This document shows, one piece after another, positions 47,942 to 56,755 of a stretch of 64,000 nucleotides of DNA (its first letter is position 1; each line of letters opens with the position of its first letter). The position numbers and the translations under genes are program-made. This stretch comes from an uncultured Candidatus Saccharibacteria bacterium (lineage in GTDB: Bacteria; Patescibacteriota; Saccharimonadia; Saccharimonadales; CAZVRA01). The DNA lies in contig CAZVRA010000002.1 in assembly GCA_964630055.1 (NCBI GenBank), positions 15,021 through 79,020 on the forward strand. The letters run 5' to 3'. The notes below the pieces were generated by a model. That model was not told the origin of the DNA, did not search any database, and saw only the letters and a program-made list of their open reading frames with translations.

Positions 47942-49111
47942 GTGCTTATGCTCAAAAATAGACAGTACCAAATAAATATTCTTTCAATAATTAACTGCAG
48001 CCGGCGGGTCGTTGTTGTATTGTCACTGAGCTTAATGTTGATATGTGCGGCATCCATCAGAGGTGGATCTAATATTGCCAGAGCTGAGTCGGTCCAAGAC
48101 CAGATTAACGCTTTGCAAGCGCAGAATTCGCAATATCGCGACACGCTATCGAGGCTCCAAAACGAGGCTACCAGCTACGAAGATGCTATAAAAAAACTCC
48201 AGGCCTCTATTGATGCCTTGCAAATTCAGATTACCGCTAACACCAACGAACAAGATCGCTTGCAAAAAGAAATAACTGCTGCCGAGCAAGAACTAGATAA
48301 GCAAAAAAGGGTTTTGGGCGAAAATATCAAGGCCATGTATATGGATGGCCAGGTTTCTACTCTCGAAATGTTGGCTAGCAGCAAAGATCTGACCGAATTT
48401 GTCGACAAAGAGCAGTATCGAAGTTCTGTAAAAGACAAAATTGTGACAACACTCGATAAAATTAATGCTCTAAAGCATGAACTTATGGAAAAAAAGCAGG
48501 GTGTCGAGGCTTTGCTAAAGCAGCAAGAATTGCAACAGTCGCAGCTGGCCGACAGTCGGTCTCAGCAAGGTCAATTATTGACCTATAATCAAGGACAGCA
48601 AGCTGACTTTAATCAAAAAACCCGAGATAATCAGAGCAAAATCGATGCCCTGATTGCCTCTCAGCGAAGGGCCAACTTTAACCCGGACGGTGGTTATTAT
48701 TTCTTGCGGTTTTCTGGGGCAGCGCGTGGCTTTGATCCCGGAGCCTACCCTTATCGCAATGCTGGTTTTGGCATGAGCCCGGGTCCTGGCTGTGTCGATA
48801 ACGATGGACCAGACCCTTGGGGCTATTGTACTCGCCAGTGTGTATCTTATGCTGCTTGGGCGGTCTTGGCATCTGGTAGATCAGCACCATTTGGCTACGG
48901 TAATGCTCGTGACTGGGTGGCGGCCGCTTACGCCCGCGGAGTGACAGTTTCGCGTACACCACAAGCTGGCGATGTAGCCATAAGCACGGCCGGTTATTGG
49001 GGCCACGCTATGTACGTCGAAAGCGTCTCTGCGTCGGCCGGTACTTTTAATACTTCCGAGTACAATACCTACTTGGACGGCCGGTTAACTTACCAAACTC
49101 GACGCTACTAG
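47942..49111 (+). CDS. PcsB-like secreted peptidoglycan hydrolase (coiled-coil + CHAP domain)
   Basis: Signal peptide and about 200 aa of heptad-rich coiled coil. C-terminal CHAP domain with Cys (GYCTRQCVSYAAW) and His (GHAMYVESV). Confidence 0.8.
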   Translation: MLMLKNRQYQINILSIINCSRRVVVVLSLSLMLICAASIRGGSNIARAESVQDQINALQAQNSQYRDTLSRLQNEATSYEDAIKKLQASIDALQIQITANTNEQDRLQKEITAAEQELDKQKRVLGENIKAMYMDGQVSTLEMLASSKDLTEFVDKEQYRSSVKDKIVTTLDKINALKHELMEKKQGVEALLKQQELQQSQLADSRSQQGQLLTYNQGQQADFNQKTRDNQSKIDALIASQRRANFNPDGGYYFLRFSGAARGFDPGAYPYRNAGFGMSPGPGCVDNDGPDPWGYCTRQCVSYAAWAVLASGRSAPFGYGNARDWVAAAYARGVTVSRTPQAGDVAISTAGYWGHAMYVESVSASAGTFNTSEYNTYLDGRLTYQTRRY

Positions 49112-49221
49112 TTGTTCAATTAGCCATTAAATTGATGGCCACAAAGCCTTTTAGGCTGTACAATTAATAGTGATTTGTGCCCAAAAATTGCGGCCAAAAT
49201 AAAACAGGAGGGGTGCAGTAG

Positions 49222-50433
49222 ATGAGTGATAACGACAAAATTTCGTCAGGCAAAGGTTCGGCAAGAAGCGGTAAAAATCCGCTATTTACGATGTTGCTGG
49301 TGGTTCTTATTTTTGCTGCCGGCTGGTCGGTAGGAGGCGGCAAGTTGCAGCTAGGAAACCTCAAAAGCCAAAACAGCCAATTGGCATCAAACCTAGATTA
49401 TTCGACAGTAGAAAAAGTCTACGACACCCTAAAAGCAGATTTTGATGGCGAGCTCGATACCCAAAAATTACTTGACGGCGTAAAAACCGGCTTAGCCAAG
49501 GCCAGCGGTGACCCTTACACCGAATACATGCCGGCCGAAGAAGCCAAAGCCTTTGGCGAGCAGCTAGACGGCACGTTTAGTGGTATTGGGGCCGAATTGG
49601 GCAAGGCGACCGATAACAAGACTGTTATTATTGTGGCACCAATTGCTGGTTTCCCGGCCGAGAAAGCCGGCCTGCGTCCAAAGGACGCTATTGTTCAGAT
49701 CAACGATCAGAATGCATACGACATGACTCTTAGCGAGGCTGTAGCCAAAATTCGTGGCCCAGTTGGCAGCAAGGTCAAGTTAAAAATTGTCCGCGATGGC
49801 CAGCCGCTGGACTTTGAGATAGCTCGCGACACCATTACCATACCAAGTGTTACTACCAAGACACTGGATGGCGGCATTCTTCAGATTATTGTTTCTCGTT
49901 ACGGCAAAGATACCACTGAACTGGTTCAGCAAGCCGCCAAGCAGGCAAAGCAGAGTGGAGTTAAGGGCGTAATTTTGGATCTACGGGGTAACCCTGGCGG
50001 TGAGCTAGATGCGGCAGTTGGAGTTTCTAGTATTTGGCTTAAAAACAAAACCGTACTGCGCGAAAAGCGCGGCTCTACCGTCATTAAGACCTATCAATCA
50101 ACTGGCGATCCAATATTAGAGGGCATGCCAACAGTTGTACTTATAAACGAAGGTAGCGCCAGCGCCAGCGAAATAACTGCTGGTGCCCTGCGAGACAATC
50201 AGGCGGCAACACTCATGGGAGTCAAAAGTTTTGGTAAGGGTAGCGTGCAAGAGGTCAACAAATTACCTGGAGGCGGAATACTAAAAGTAACCATAGCCCG
50301 TTGGTATACGCCAAACGATAAAAATATCGACAAATCAGGCCTAGAGCCAGATCAAAAAGTAGAACGAACTGACGAAGACATAAAAAACCAGCGTGATCCG
50401 CAGCTCGAAGCCGCCGCAGCCAAATTACGCTAA
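49222..50433 (+). CDS. S41 C-terminal processing peptidase (Ctp/Prc-like) with PDZ
   Basis: N-terminal TM, PDZ (FPAEKAGLRPKDAIVQIN), LDLRGNPGG, catalytic Ser (NEGSASASEI) and Lys (FGKGSVQ). Confidence 0.9.
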   Translation: MSDNDKISSGKGSARSGKNPLFTMLLVVLIFAAGWSVGGGKLQLGNLKSQNSQLASNLDYSTVEKVYDTLKADFDGELDTQKLLDGVKTGLAKASGDPYTEYMPAEEAKAFGEQLDGTFSGIGAELGKATDNKTVIIVAPIAGFPAEKAGLRPKDAIVQINDQNAYDMTLSEAVAKIRGPVGSKVKLKIVRDGQPLDFEIARDTITIPSVTTKTLDGGILQIIVSRYGKDTTELVQQAAKQAKQSGVKGVILDLRGNPGGELDAAVGVSSIWLKNKTVLREKRGSTVIKTYQSTGDPILEGMPTVVLINEGSASASEITAGALRDNQAATLMGVKSFGKGSVQEVNKLPGGGILKVTIARWYTPNDKNIDKSGLEPDQKVERTDEDIKNQRDPQLEAAAAKLR

Positions 50434-50510
50434 AAACCCTCATTAATTGTACTGTTAGTTTGCTGATTTAACCCAATATCTGCTACAATAATTAGCCATA
50501 AGGAGGCGTT

Positions 50511-52124
50511 GTGGCGAAGAAGCCAATTAAGTATGTGTTTGTAACTGGTGGTGTTCTTTCCGGACTCGGCAAGGGCATAACGGCCGCCTCAATTGGCAAC
50601 ACACTCAAAGCTCGTGGTCTAAAAGTCAACGCCCAAAAGTTAGATCCATACCTCAACGTCGACGCCGGCACGCTTAACCCTGCCGAGCACGGCGAATGTT
50701 TTGTGACTCATGATGGAGCCGAAACAGACCTAGATCTAGGCCATTACGAACGCTTTTTGGACATCGAACTAAGTAGCAACAGCTCTGTTATGAGCGGTAA
50801 AATAATCAGCAAGCTGATTGCCGACGAGCGGGCTGGTAAATTTTTGGGCAAAACGGTCCAGGTAGTGCCGCATTTAACCAATGCCATTCAGGAAGAAATC
50901 AAAAAAGCCGCTCAGGGTTTTGATGTACATATTGTCGAAATTGGCGGCACAGTGGGCGACTACGAAAGCCCGGCCTTTTTTGAAGCCATTCGCGAACTGG
51001 GCATAGCCAATGGTCGAGAAAACGCCATATATGTTCATGTTGTATACCTACCGTATTTATCGACCAGTAAGGAAATAAAAACTAAACCTGCCCAAAATGC
51101 TACTCGCGATTTACGCAGTTTAGGTATTATGCCAGACGTTTTGGTGGCTCGCAGCGAAGTTGCGGACACCAGCAACATACGGAAAAAGCTAAGTGCTTTT
51201 TGTGGCGTACCGCCCGAGGGTATTGCAGTTTTGCCTAACGCACGCACAGTCTACGAGGTGCCATTGACATTAGAATCACAAGGGATAGATAGCTACATTG
51301 TCAAAAAACTTGGCGTTGGCAGTCGACGTGCCAAGTCGCGGGCTTGGCACAAGATGGTCGACAAAATATTGAGCCCAGTTGACCGTAAATACACAGTCGG
51401 TGTAGTGGCCAAATATATGGATAACCAAGATACTTATATGTCGGTTTTCGAGGCGCTGCGAGCTGCCGGGTGGGCTGCCGAAGCAGAGCTGAACATTCGT
51501 TGGATAGATGCCGAAAAAATTGAAAAAACAAATGACCTGGACCAGATATTTAATTCGGTTGACGGAATTGTTATACCCGGTGGCTTTGGTAACCGTGGCG
51601 TTGCAGGCAAAATAGCCGCTGCCCAGTGGGCATTAAAAAATAAGCTACCATATTTGGGTTTGTGTTTAGGCCTTCAGGTAGCTGTGGTGGCGGCCGCGCG
51701 CAACAGTGGCCTGACGCTGGCTAACTCCAAAGAATGTCAACCAGATGGTCGAACTTTGGTTATTAGCACCATGGACGATCAAAAGGGCAAAGAGAATACC
51801 GGGGGCACAATGCGCCTAGGCAATTATCCTTGTCGTCTGCAAAAAGGTAGTTTAGCGCACAAACTGTACAAAAAAAATGACATCACGGAGCGACATCGAC
51901 ATCGTTATGAGTGCAACAACCAATACCGGGATCGCTACCAGGATTGGGGTATCGTGGCTTCTGGCACCTCCCCAGATGGCAAGCTGGTCGAAATGATCGA
52001 GGCCATTGACCATCCATTTTTTATCGCCAGTCAGTTTCATCCTGAATTTCGATCGCGTCCTAATCGGCCTCATCCAATGTTTAAGGGATTTGTCGATAGT
52101 TTGGTCCAAAAAAATCATCAATAA
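50511..52124 (+). CDS. pyrG: CTP synthase
   Basis: GTG start preceded by AAGGAGG. KYVFVTGGVLSGLGKGI motif, GATase Cys (GLCLGLQ) and HRHRYE motif. Confidence 0.97.
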   Translation: MAKKPIKYVFVTGGVLSGLGKGITAASIGNTLKARGLKVNAQKLDPYLNVDAGTLNPAEHGECFVTHDGAETDLDLGHYERFLDIELSSNSSVMSGKIISKLIADERAGKFLGKTVQVVPHLTNAIQEEIKKAAQGFDVHIVEIGGTVGDYESPAFFEAIRELGIANGRENAIYVHVVYLPYLSTSKEIKTKPAQNATRDLRSLGIMPDVLVARSEVADTSNIRKKLSAFCGVPPEGIAVLPNARTVYEVPLTLESQGIDSYIVKKLGVGSRRAKSRAWHKMVDKILSPVDRKYTVGVVAKYMDNQDTYMSVFEALRAAGWAAEAELNIRWIDAEKIEKTNDLDQIFNSVDGIVIPGGFGNRGVAGKIAAAQWALKNKLPYLGLCLGLQVAVVAAARNSGLTLANSKECQPDGRTLVISTMDDQKGKENTGGTMRLGNYPCRLQKGSLAHKLYKKNDITERHRHRYECNNQYRDRYQDWGIVASGTSPDGKLVEMIEAIDHPFFIASQFHPEFRSRPNRPHPMFKGFVDSLVQKNHQ

Positions 52125-52157
52125 TATAATTTATTGGCGTATAACTAGTAATTTTAT

Positions 52158-52186
52158 TTGCAAAAACAATAGTTTTACAGTAGCAT
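52158..52186 (+). promoter_or_regulatory. Promoter of the receiver gene (leaderless geometry)
   Basis: TTGCAA (52158-52163), 17-nt spacer, TAGCAT (52181-52186), with ATG 52194 lying 7 nt downstream. Confidence 0.45.
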
Positions 52187-52193
52187 TATCATT

Positions 52194-52595
52194 ATGAGCG
52201 ATTCACTACCACCAACCAGCAACCAACAAAAAATCTTATTAGTCGAGGACGACGACGCCTTAGCTAGTGTTTATCAAACGCGTTTGCAGGCGGAGGGCCT
52301 GGACGTCAAGCGAGTCCCTAACGGCGAAGATGCCTTAGCGGCGGCATTACAGTATCACCCAGATTTAATTATTTTAGATGTTATGATGCCAAAGGTTAGT
52401 GGTTTTGATGTGCTAGATATTTTACGCAACACCCCAGAGACAACCAATATAAAAGTTGTCATGCTAACAGCTCTTAGCCAGGATAACGACAAGGAACGAG
52501 CCAAAACTCTTGGTGCCGACGACTATTTGGTAAAAAGCCAAGTGGTCATTGCAGATGTAGTAGATCGTATCAAGCACCATCTTGCCCAAAAATAA
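52194..52595 (+). CDS. Stand-alone CheY-like response regulator receiver
   Basis: 133 aa with canonical residues: LLVEDDD, IILDVMMP (phospho-Asp), MLTAL (Thr), YLVKS (Lys). No output domain. Confidence 0.85.
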   Translation: MSDSLPPTSNQQKILLVEDDDALASVYQTRLQAEGLDVKRVPNGEDALAAALQYHPDLIILDVMMPKVSGFDVLDILRNTPETTNIKVVMLTALSQDNDKERAKTLGADDYLVKSQVVIADVVDRIKHHLAQK

Positions 52596-52659
52596 AAATA
52601 GACCAATAACATAGGCCATTAGGGCCCAACTAAAATAATAAAAACAAAAAGATAAGCAG

Positions 52660-54039
52660 ATGCCAGTATCAACAGTTGATTCACCGCCATTGCAGCCTCA
52701 GGATTATGAATATGGTGCTGAGGCTGTTTTGCCACCCAGAGTTTTAAAGCCAGGCGAATTATTGGTATCCGCTGGCGAACAAGTTTTTTTATCTCCCTTT
52801 GATCGTTTGCAGTATGATTCAGGCGAGCCAGCACTTTGTACTTCTATTGGTCTGTCTCCTAAAAAGGATGGCAGTGGTCGGTGCGAAGTCGAGCTGTTAG
52901 TTTTGGATGTTGGTTTCGGGCCTAAAAAAGAGGGTGCGACCGAGCACGACTTAGATGGCTATGGCCACAAGCAACGTTTTGAACATCAATACGCGCTAGT
53001 GCGTCGTACCCGAGACGATAAGGGTAGACCAGTCAACTATTTGGTAGAATTTGACGCTGATCAGGAAATAGATTTGAGCCGGCATGGTGATTTTGCTGAA
53101 GCCCTTGGTTACGACGATAATAAATACATATCACGCCAGAACCATGCTAAGTTTTCTATAAACAAGGCTGGTGTAATTACACTTAGCCAAGCTGATGGCA
53201 AAAATCCAACCCTAGTCAGGGGCCTTCGTCAGAACCTTGACGCTGATCAGGACGATGGCCAATCGGCTTTTGACTACACAAAGAACATTGCTGATTATGT
53301 TAGTAATGCCAACCAGTCCAAGCAGCTTAATAAATCGGAAAATACCTATGGCGGTCGCCCGATTATTTCTAGAGATAAAGCCATAAACCAAGGAGTCTAT
53401 CCAGTGGGCGGCACGGATGGCGAAGCGCTGGTGGTGGACGATAAAAAATATGGTGAAGTTTACCAGACAGTCTGGCAAGAGTTAGGGTCGCGGCTTGAGC
53501 GAATAAAATCGAGTCGAGTGACAGTTGGCGCACTTCAGCGCTTGGTCAGGAGCCGGGGCGGTGCTAACGAGACAATGCCAGTTCCGACTTCATCTAGCGA
53601 TTCGATAAAATGGTCACTAGAGCAGGTATTTGATACGGTTCTTGATTTTATGGAGTACGATGCAGAAAAAGTTAATGATTTTAATCAACAGCAGGGAATT
53701 AATTATCATAAAATTGAGTTGACCGCCTATATTAAAGAGGGGGTTGGGGTGTGCCGCCATCAGGCACTGTTGGCCGCCTACTTAGTCGAACGATTGGTAC
53801 GGGATGGTCATTCAGTACTGGCGGGTGGCAGGGTGTCTATAGACAGAAATGTCAAGAGGGAAGTCGACGGCAAGGGCTACGGGCATGCCTGGGCCAGATA
53901 TATGGCGCCAAACGGCGAGGTTTTTATAATCGATCCGGCCCAAAAATTTGTTGGTACTCTAGCGGAATCGGTAAAAGATCAAAAAACATGGGATTATCGT
54001 CGAACCACTGATTTGATCAGACAATGTCCAAGAGAATAG
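52660..54039 (+). CDS. Cytoplasmic protein with C-terminal transglutaminase-like (Cys-His-Asp) core
   Basis: 459 aa with no signal peptide or TM. C-terminal GVCRHQALLAAYLVERL...GYGHAWARY...FIIDPA fits the transglutaminase-core pattern G-C..A.L...L...HAW....DP. A mid-region segment YISRQNHAKFSINKAGVITLSQADGKNPTLV is weakly FHA-like. Confidence 0.5.
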   Translation: MPVSTVDSPPLQPQDYEYGAEAVLPPRVLKPGELLVSAGEQVFLSPFDRLQYDSGEPALCTSIGLSPKKDGSGRCEVELLVLDVGFGPKKEGATEHDLDGYGHKQRFEHQYALVRRTRDDKGRPVNYLVEFDADQEIDLSRHGDFAEALGYDDNKYISRQNHAKFSINKAGVITLSQADGKNPTLVRGLRQNLDADQDDGQSAFDYTKNIADYVSNANQSKQLNKSENTYGGRPIISRDKAINQGVYPVGGTDGEALVVDDKKYGEVYQTVWQELGSRLERIKSSRVTVGALQRLVRSRGGANETMPVPTSSSDSIKWSLEQVFDTVLDFMEYDAEKVNDFNQQQGINYHKIELTAYIKEGVGVCRHQALLAAYLVERLVRDGHSVLAGGRVSIDRNVKREVDGKGYGHAWARYMAPNGEVFIIDPAQKFVGTLAESVKDQKTWDYRRTTDLIRQCPRE

Positions 54040-54065
54040 ACTGTACAGCTTAATGCCGGTGTATT

Positions 54066-54338
54066 TTATTCGACTGTTACTTCGGTGCGGGGGGCGCTTT
54101 TGCCAGTAAATAATTTGACGCGGCGGGTTTTGAACCCAACTATGCCATCTTTGGCAGCATGAATTGTGAAATTTCGGCTAATAACAGTGCCAGCCCCGGC
54201 ACGCTTAGTCATACCAACTTGGCGTACAATAACTTGGCCGGTTTTGACTTTTTGGCCGCCAAAAACTTTAACCCCTAGGCGCTGGCCAGGGCTGTCGTGG
54301 ATGTTCTTGCTAGAACCGCCTGCTTTGACATGTGACAT
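54066..54338 (-). CDS. rpmA: 50S ribosomal protein L27
   Basis: MSHVKAGGSSKN start and GVKVFGGQ are typical of bL27. Confidence 0.95.
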   Translation of the reverse strand: MSHVKAGGSSKNIHDSPGQRLGVKVFGGQKVKTGQVIVRQVGMTKRAGAGTVISRNFTIHAAKDGIVGFKTRRVKLFTGKSAPRTEVTVE

Positions 54339-54345
54339 ATAAACT

Positions 54346-55608
54346 CTACTTTCTGGTTAATACTACTAGTTCACGGGCTACTTGTTGGCCGGGGCGGTGA
54401 TAAATTAACTCCTCACTGCTAGCGTGAACAAATTCTCTACGAGTATACCCTAATTTCTCGAGAGAATCAAGCGTTTTAAGACGCAAAAAACCGTGCTCAG
54501 TCTTCCAGGCTGGCACAGCTAAACACAGCCTAAAGCCAGGATTTGTTTGATGAGCCACATTTTGCAGAAATTTTTTATGTATTTGATGCACATCTTCCAT
54601 AACGCCTCGCAGCACATTTAATTGAGGCGTGCTAGAAAAGGGTCGTCCTAAGTACGTTTCGCAGGCAATAAAGTTGGGCTCAGGGCTCCAGTTATGAGAA
54701 GTGGCGTCGGCTTGTTCCAGCTGTGGTATTTTGCTCACTTGGTGCAGTTTTGAAGTTTGCTGACCTGTCTGCGGACCGTTATCGATGAGCCAGGCCATAT
54801 TTCGGCTAGCATAATCTACCATTCTAGGATCCAGGTCGGATCCATAGGCTCCAAAACCCATCAACATGGCTTCTTGCAGAATGACGCCCGTGCCACAAAA
54901 AGGATCGAGGATTACGTCGTTAGACGAAGGCGGGGTTGCACCGACCGACAAATTAACAATTATTTGAGCCAATTTTGGAGGCAACATGCCAACTTGGGAG
55001 TCACGTGCCGGCCTGGCCTGGTCACGAGCAGCATAGGCAGTAATATTTTGTTCAAATATGGTTTGGGCAATAATAATCTGGGGACCATCTCTGGCCACTA
55101 CAATTTCGGCACCTAAATTGGTGGTCAGCTGATTGTGCAATATTTGAGCACTGCCAAGTGTCACATCAGTATTAGGCACTATACGGACCGAGCGGTCATT
55201 TTGCCGCAGTGTTTTTTTGAGCTCCATGCCTAGGTGTGTTAATTGCCGAGATGTGACGTCTAGTTCGTAGGCGCTTAACCCAAGCTTAATTTTGCCTGGA
55301 GGCAATTTTAACAAATAGCTCGGCAGGTGATTTAACAGATGTTTTTCTATTTGACTCCAATTATAAATTGGCAAAGTATCAATAATTTTGGCTATTTTAG
55401 GACAGCCACCAAGCCGACTGGCTATATTTACAAGCGCGTCATTATCTAGCTGCGTATTTATTACAACCATTTTTTGGCCAACTGGGTGTAGGGAATCGGC
55501 GCCGAGTAAACTTTCTAGCTCGGCCAGAGCCAGAGCTGGCTGCCGACCCAGTATTGACAAAAAGCTATTAGTCTTAGCCGATTGATTGGTTTTGTTGTCG
55601 CTACTCAT
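54346..55608 (-). CDS. Trm11/RlmL-like SAM-dependent RNA methyltransferase with N-terminal THUMP-like region
   Basis: MLPPKLAQIIVNL, motif I DPFCGTGVILQEA and motif II YGSDLD. At the expected motif IV (DPPYG) position the sequence reads CETYLG. Confidence 0.55.
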   Translation of the reverse strand: MSSDNKTNQSAKTNSFLSILGRQPALALAELESLLGADSLHPVGQKMVVINTQLDNDALVNIASRLGGCPKIAKIIDTLPIYNWSQIEKHLLNHLPSYLLKLPPGKIKLGLSAYELDVTSRQLTHLGMELKKTLRQNDRSVRIVPNTDVTLGSAQILHNQLTTNLGAEIVVARDGPQIIIAQTIFEQNITAYAARDQARPARDSQVGMLPPKLAQIIVNLSVGATPPSSNDVILDPFCGTGVILQEAMLMGFGAYGSDLDPRMVDYASRNMAWLIDNGPQTGQQTSKLHQVSKIPQLEQADATSHNWSPEPNFIACETYLGRPFSSTPQLNVLRGVMEDVHQIHKKFLQNVAHQTNPGFRLCLAVPAWKTEHGFLRLKTLDSLEKLGYTRREFVHASSEELIYHRPGQQVARELVVLTRK

Positions 55609-55657
55609 CAGATACAGTATAGCGATAAGAAGCTAATTAGGATATAGTGTAGTAATA

Positions 55658-56752
55658 ATGAGCCGAAAGTTTAGGTCTAATTGGAAGATTATTTTAAACG
55701 CTGTAACTTTTATTGGCTTGTTCGCGATTATTTATGTGGCACGCCACCAAATTATAGATAGCATACATGCAGCGCGTGGCATAAGATGGTGGCTTTTGCT
55801 GCTTATTCCTGTCTGGCAGGCGCTTAATTACCACTGTTATGCTAAGGCTTATCAAGAAATGTTTTCTATTTTGGGCACACGTTTAAAATATCGATTTCTA
55901 TATAAAATTTCGTTGGAATTAAACTGTGTGAATCTAATTTTACCTAGTGGCGGAGTGTCCGGCTTCTCTTATTTTGGTTTGCGCCTTAAGGACAAAAAAA
56001 TTAGTGGTGCTCAAGCTACTTTAGTGCAGCTGATGCGCTTTATTTTGCTGTTTATATCGTTTCAGTTTGTATTGTTTTTTGCACTAATAATATTGAGTTT
56101 TAGCGGCCGAGTAAACCGGCTGGTTCTTTTGAGCGCTGGTTCTTTGTCGACATTAATTGCTGTTGGCACCTTGATTGTCGGTTATATAATTGGTAGTCGC
56201 GAGCGTATTCACGCTTTCTTTGGGTTTATTACTCGGGTTCTTAATCGCTTGATACACATTTTTAGGCGTAAGCACCCCGAGACAATTAATATAGCCCATG
56301 CTCAAGATGCCTTCGAGGCATTAAATAATAACTATTCGGTTTTTCGCTCAAACTTATGGGCACTAAAGTCGCCGTTTCTGTGGCTGCTGGGTGCCAATAT
56401 GACCGAGATGGTCACTCTCTACACTGTCTATGTGGCGTTCGGCCATTGGGTCAACCCCGGGGCGGTGATTCTGGCTTATGCAGTGGCTAACTTTGCTGGT
56501 TTTATCTCGGTACTGCCAGCCGGAGTAGGCGTTTACGAAACGCTCATGACTGCCATATTGGCTGTTGGTGGTATAGAGCCGGCAGTCAGCCTGCCGGTAA
56601 CAGTTATGTATCGTATATTTAGTATGATTACGCAAATCGCGCCCGGCTACTACCTATACCATAAGCATCTTAGTGGCGGCGATGACCCAAACGAGGACGT
56701 AATAGAAGAAATGAGTGATCGCCCTGGCAAACAAATCGGTAAGAAAACCTAA
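55658..56752 (+). CDS. Flippase-like / lysyl-phosphatidylglycerol-synthase-TM-like membrane protein (UPF0104-type)
   Basis: 364 aa, about 8 TM helices. N-terminal basic stretch then IILNAVTFIGLFAIIYV. The overall pattern resembles the LPG_synthase_TM family; called from memory. Confidence 0.5.
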   Translation: MSRKFRSNWKIILNAVTFIGLFAIIYVARHQIIDSIHAARGIRWWLLLLIPVWQALNYHCYAKAYQEMFSILGTRLKYRFLYKISLELNCVNLILPSGGVSGFSYFGLRLKDKKISGAQATLVQLMRFILLFISFQFVLFFALIILSFSGRVNRLVLLSAGSLSTLIAVGTLIVGYIIGSRERIHAFFGFITRVLNRLIHIFRRKHPETINIAHAQDAFEALNNNYSVFRSNLWALKSPFLWLLGANMTEMVTLYTVYVAFGHWVNPGAVILAYAVANFAGFISVLPAGVGVYETLMTAILAVGGIEPAVSLPVTVMYRIFSMITQIAPGYYLYHKHLSGGDDPNEDVIEEMSDRPGKQIGKKT

Positions 56753-56755
56753 AGT

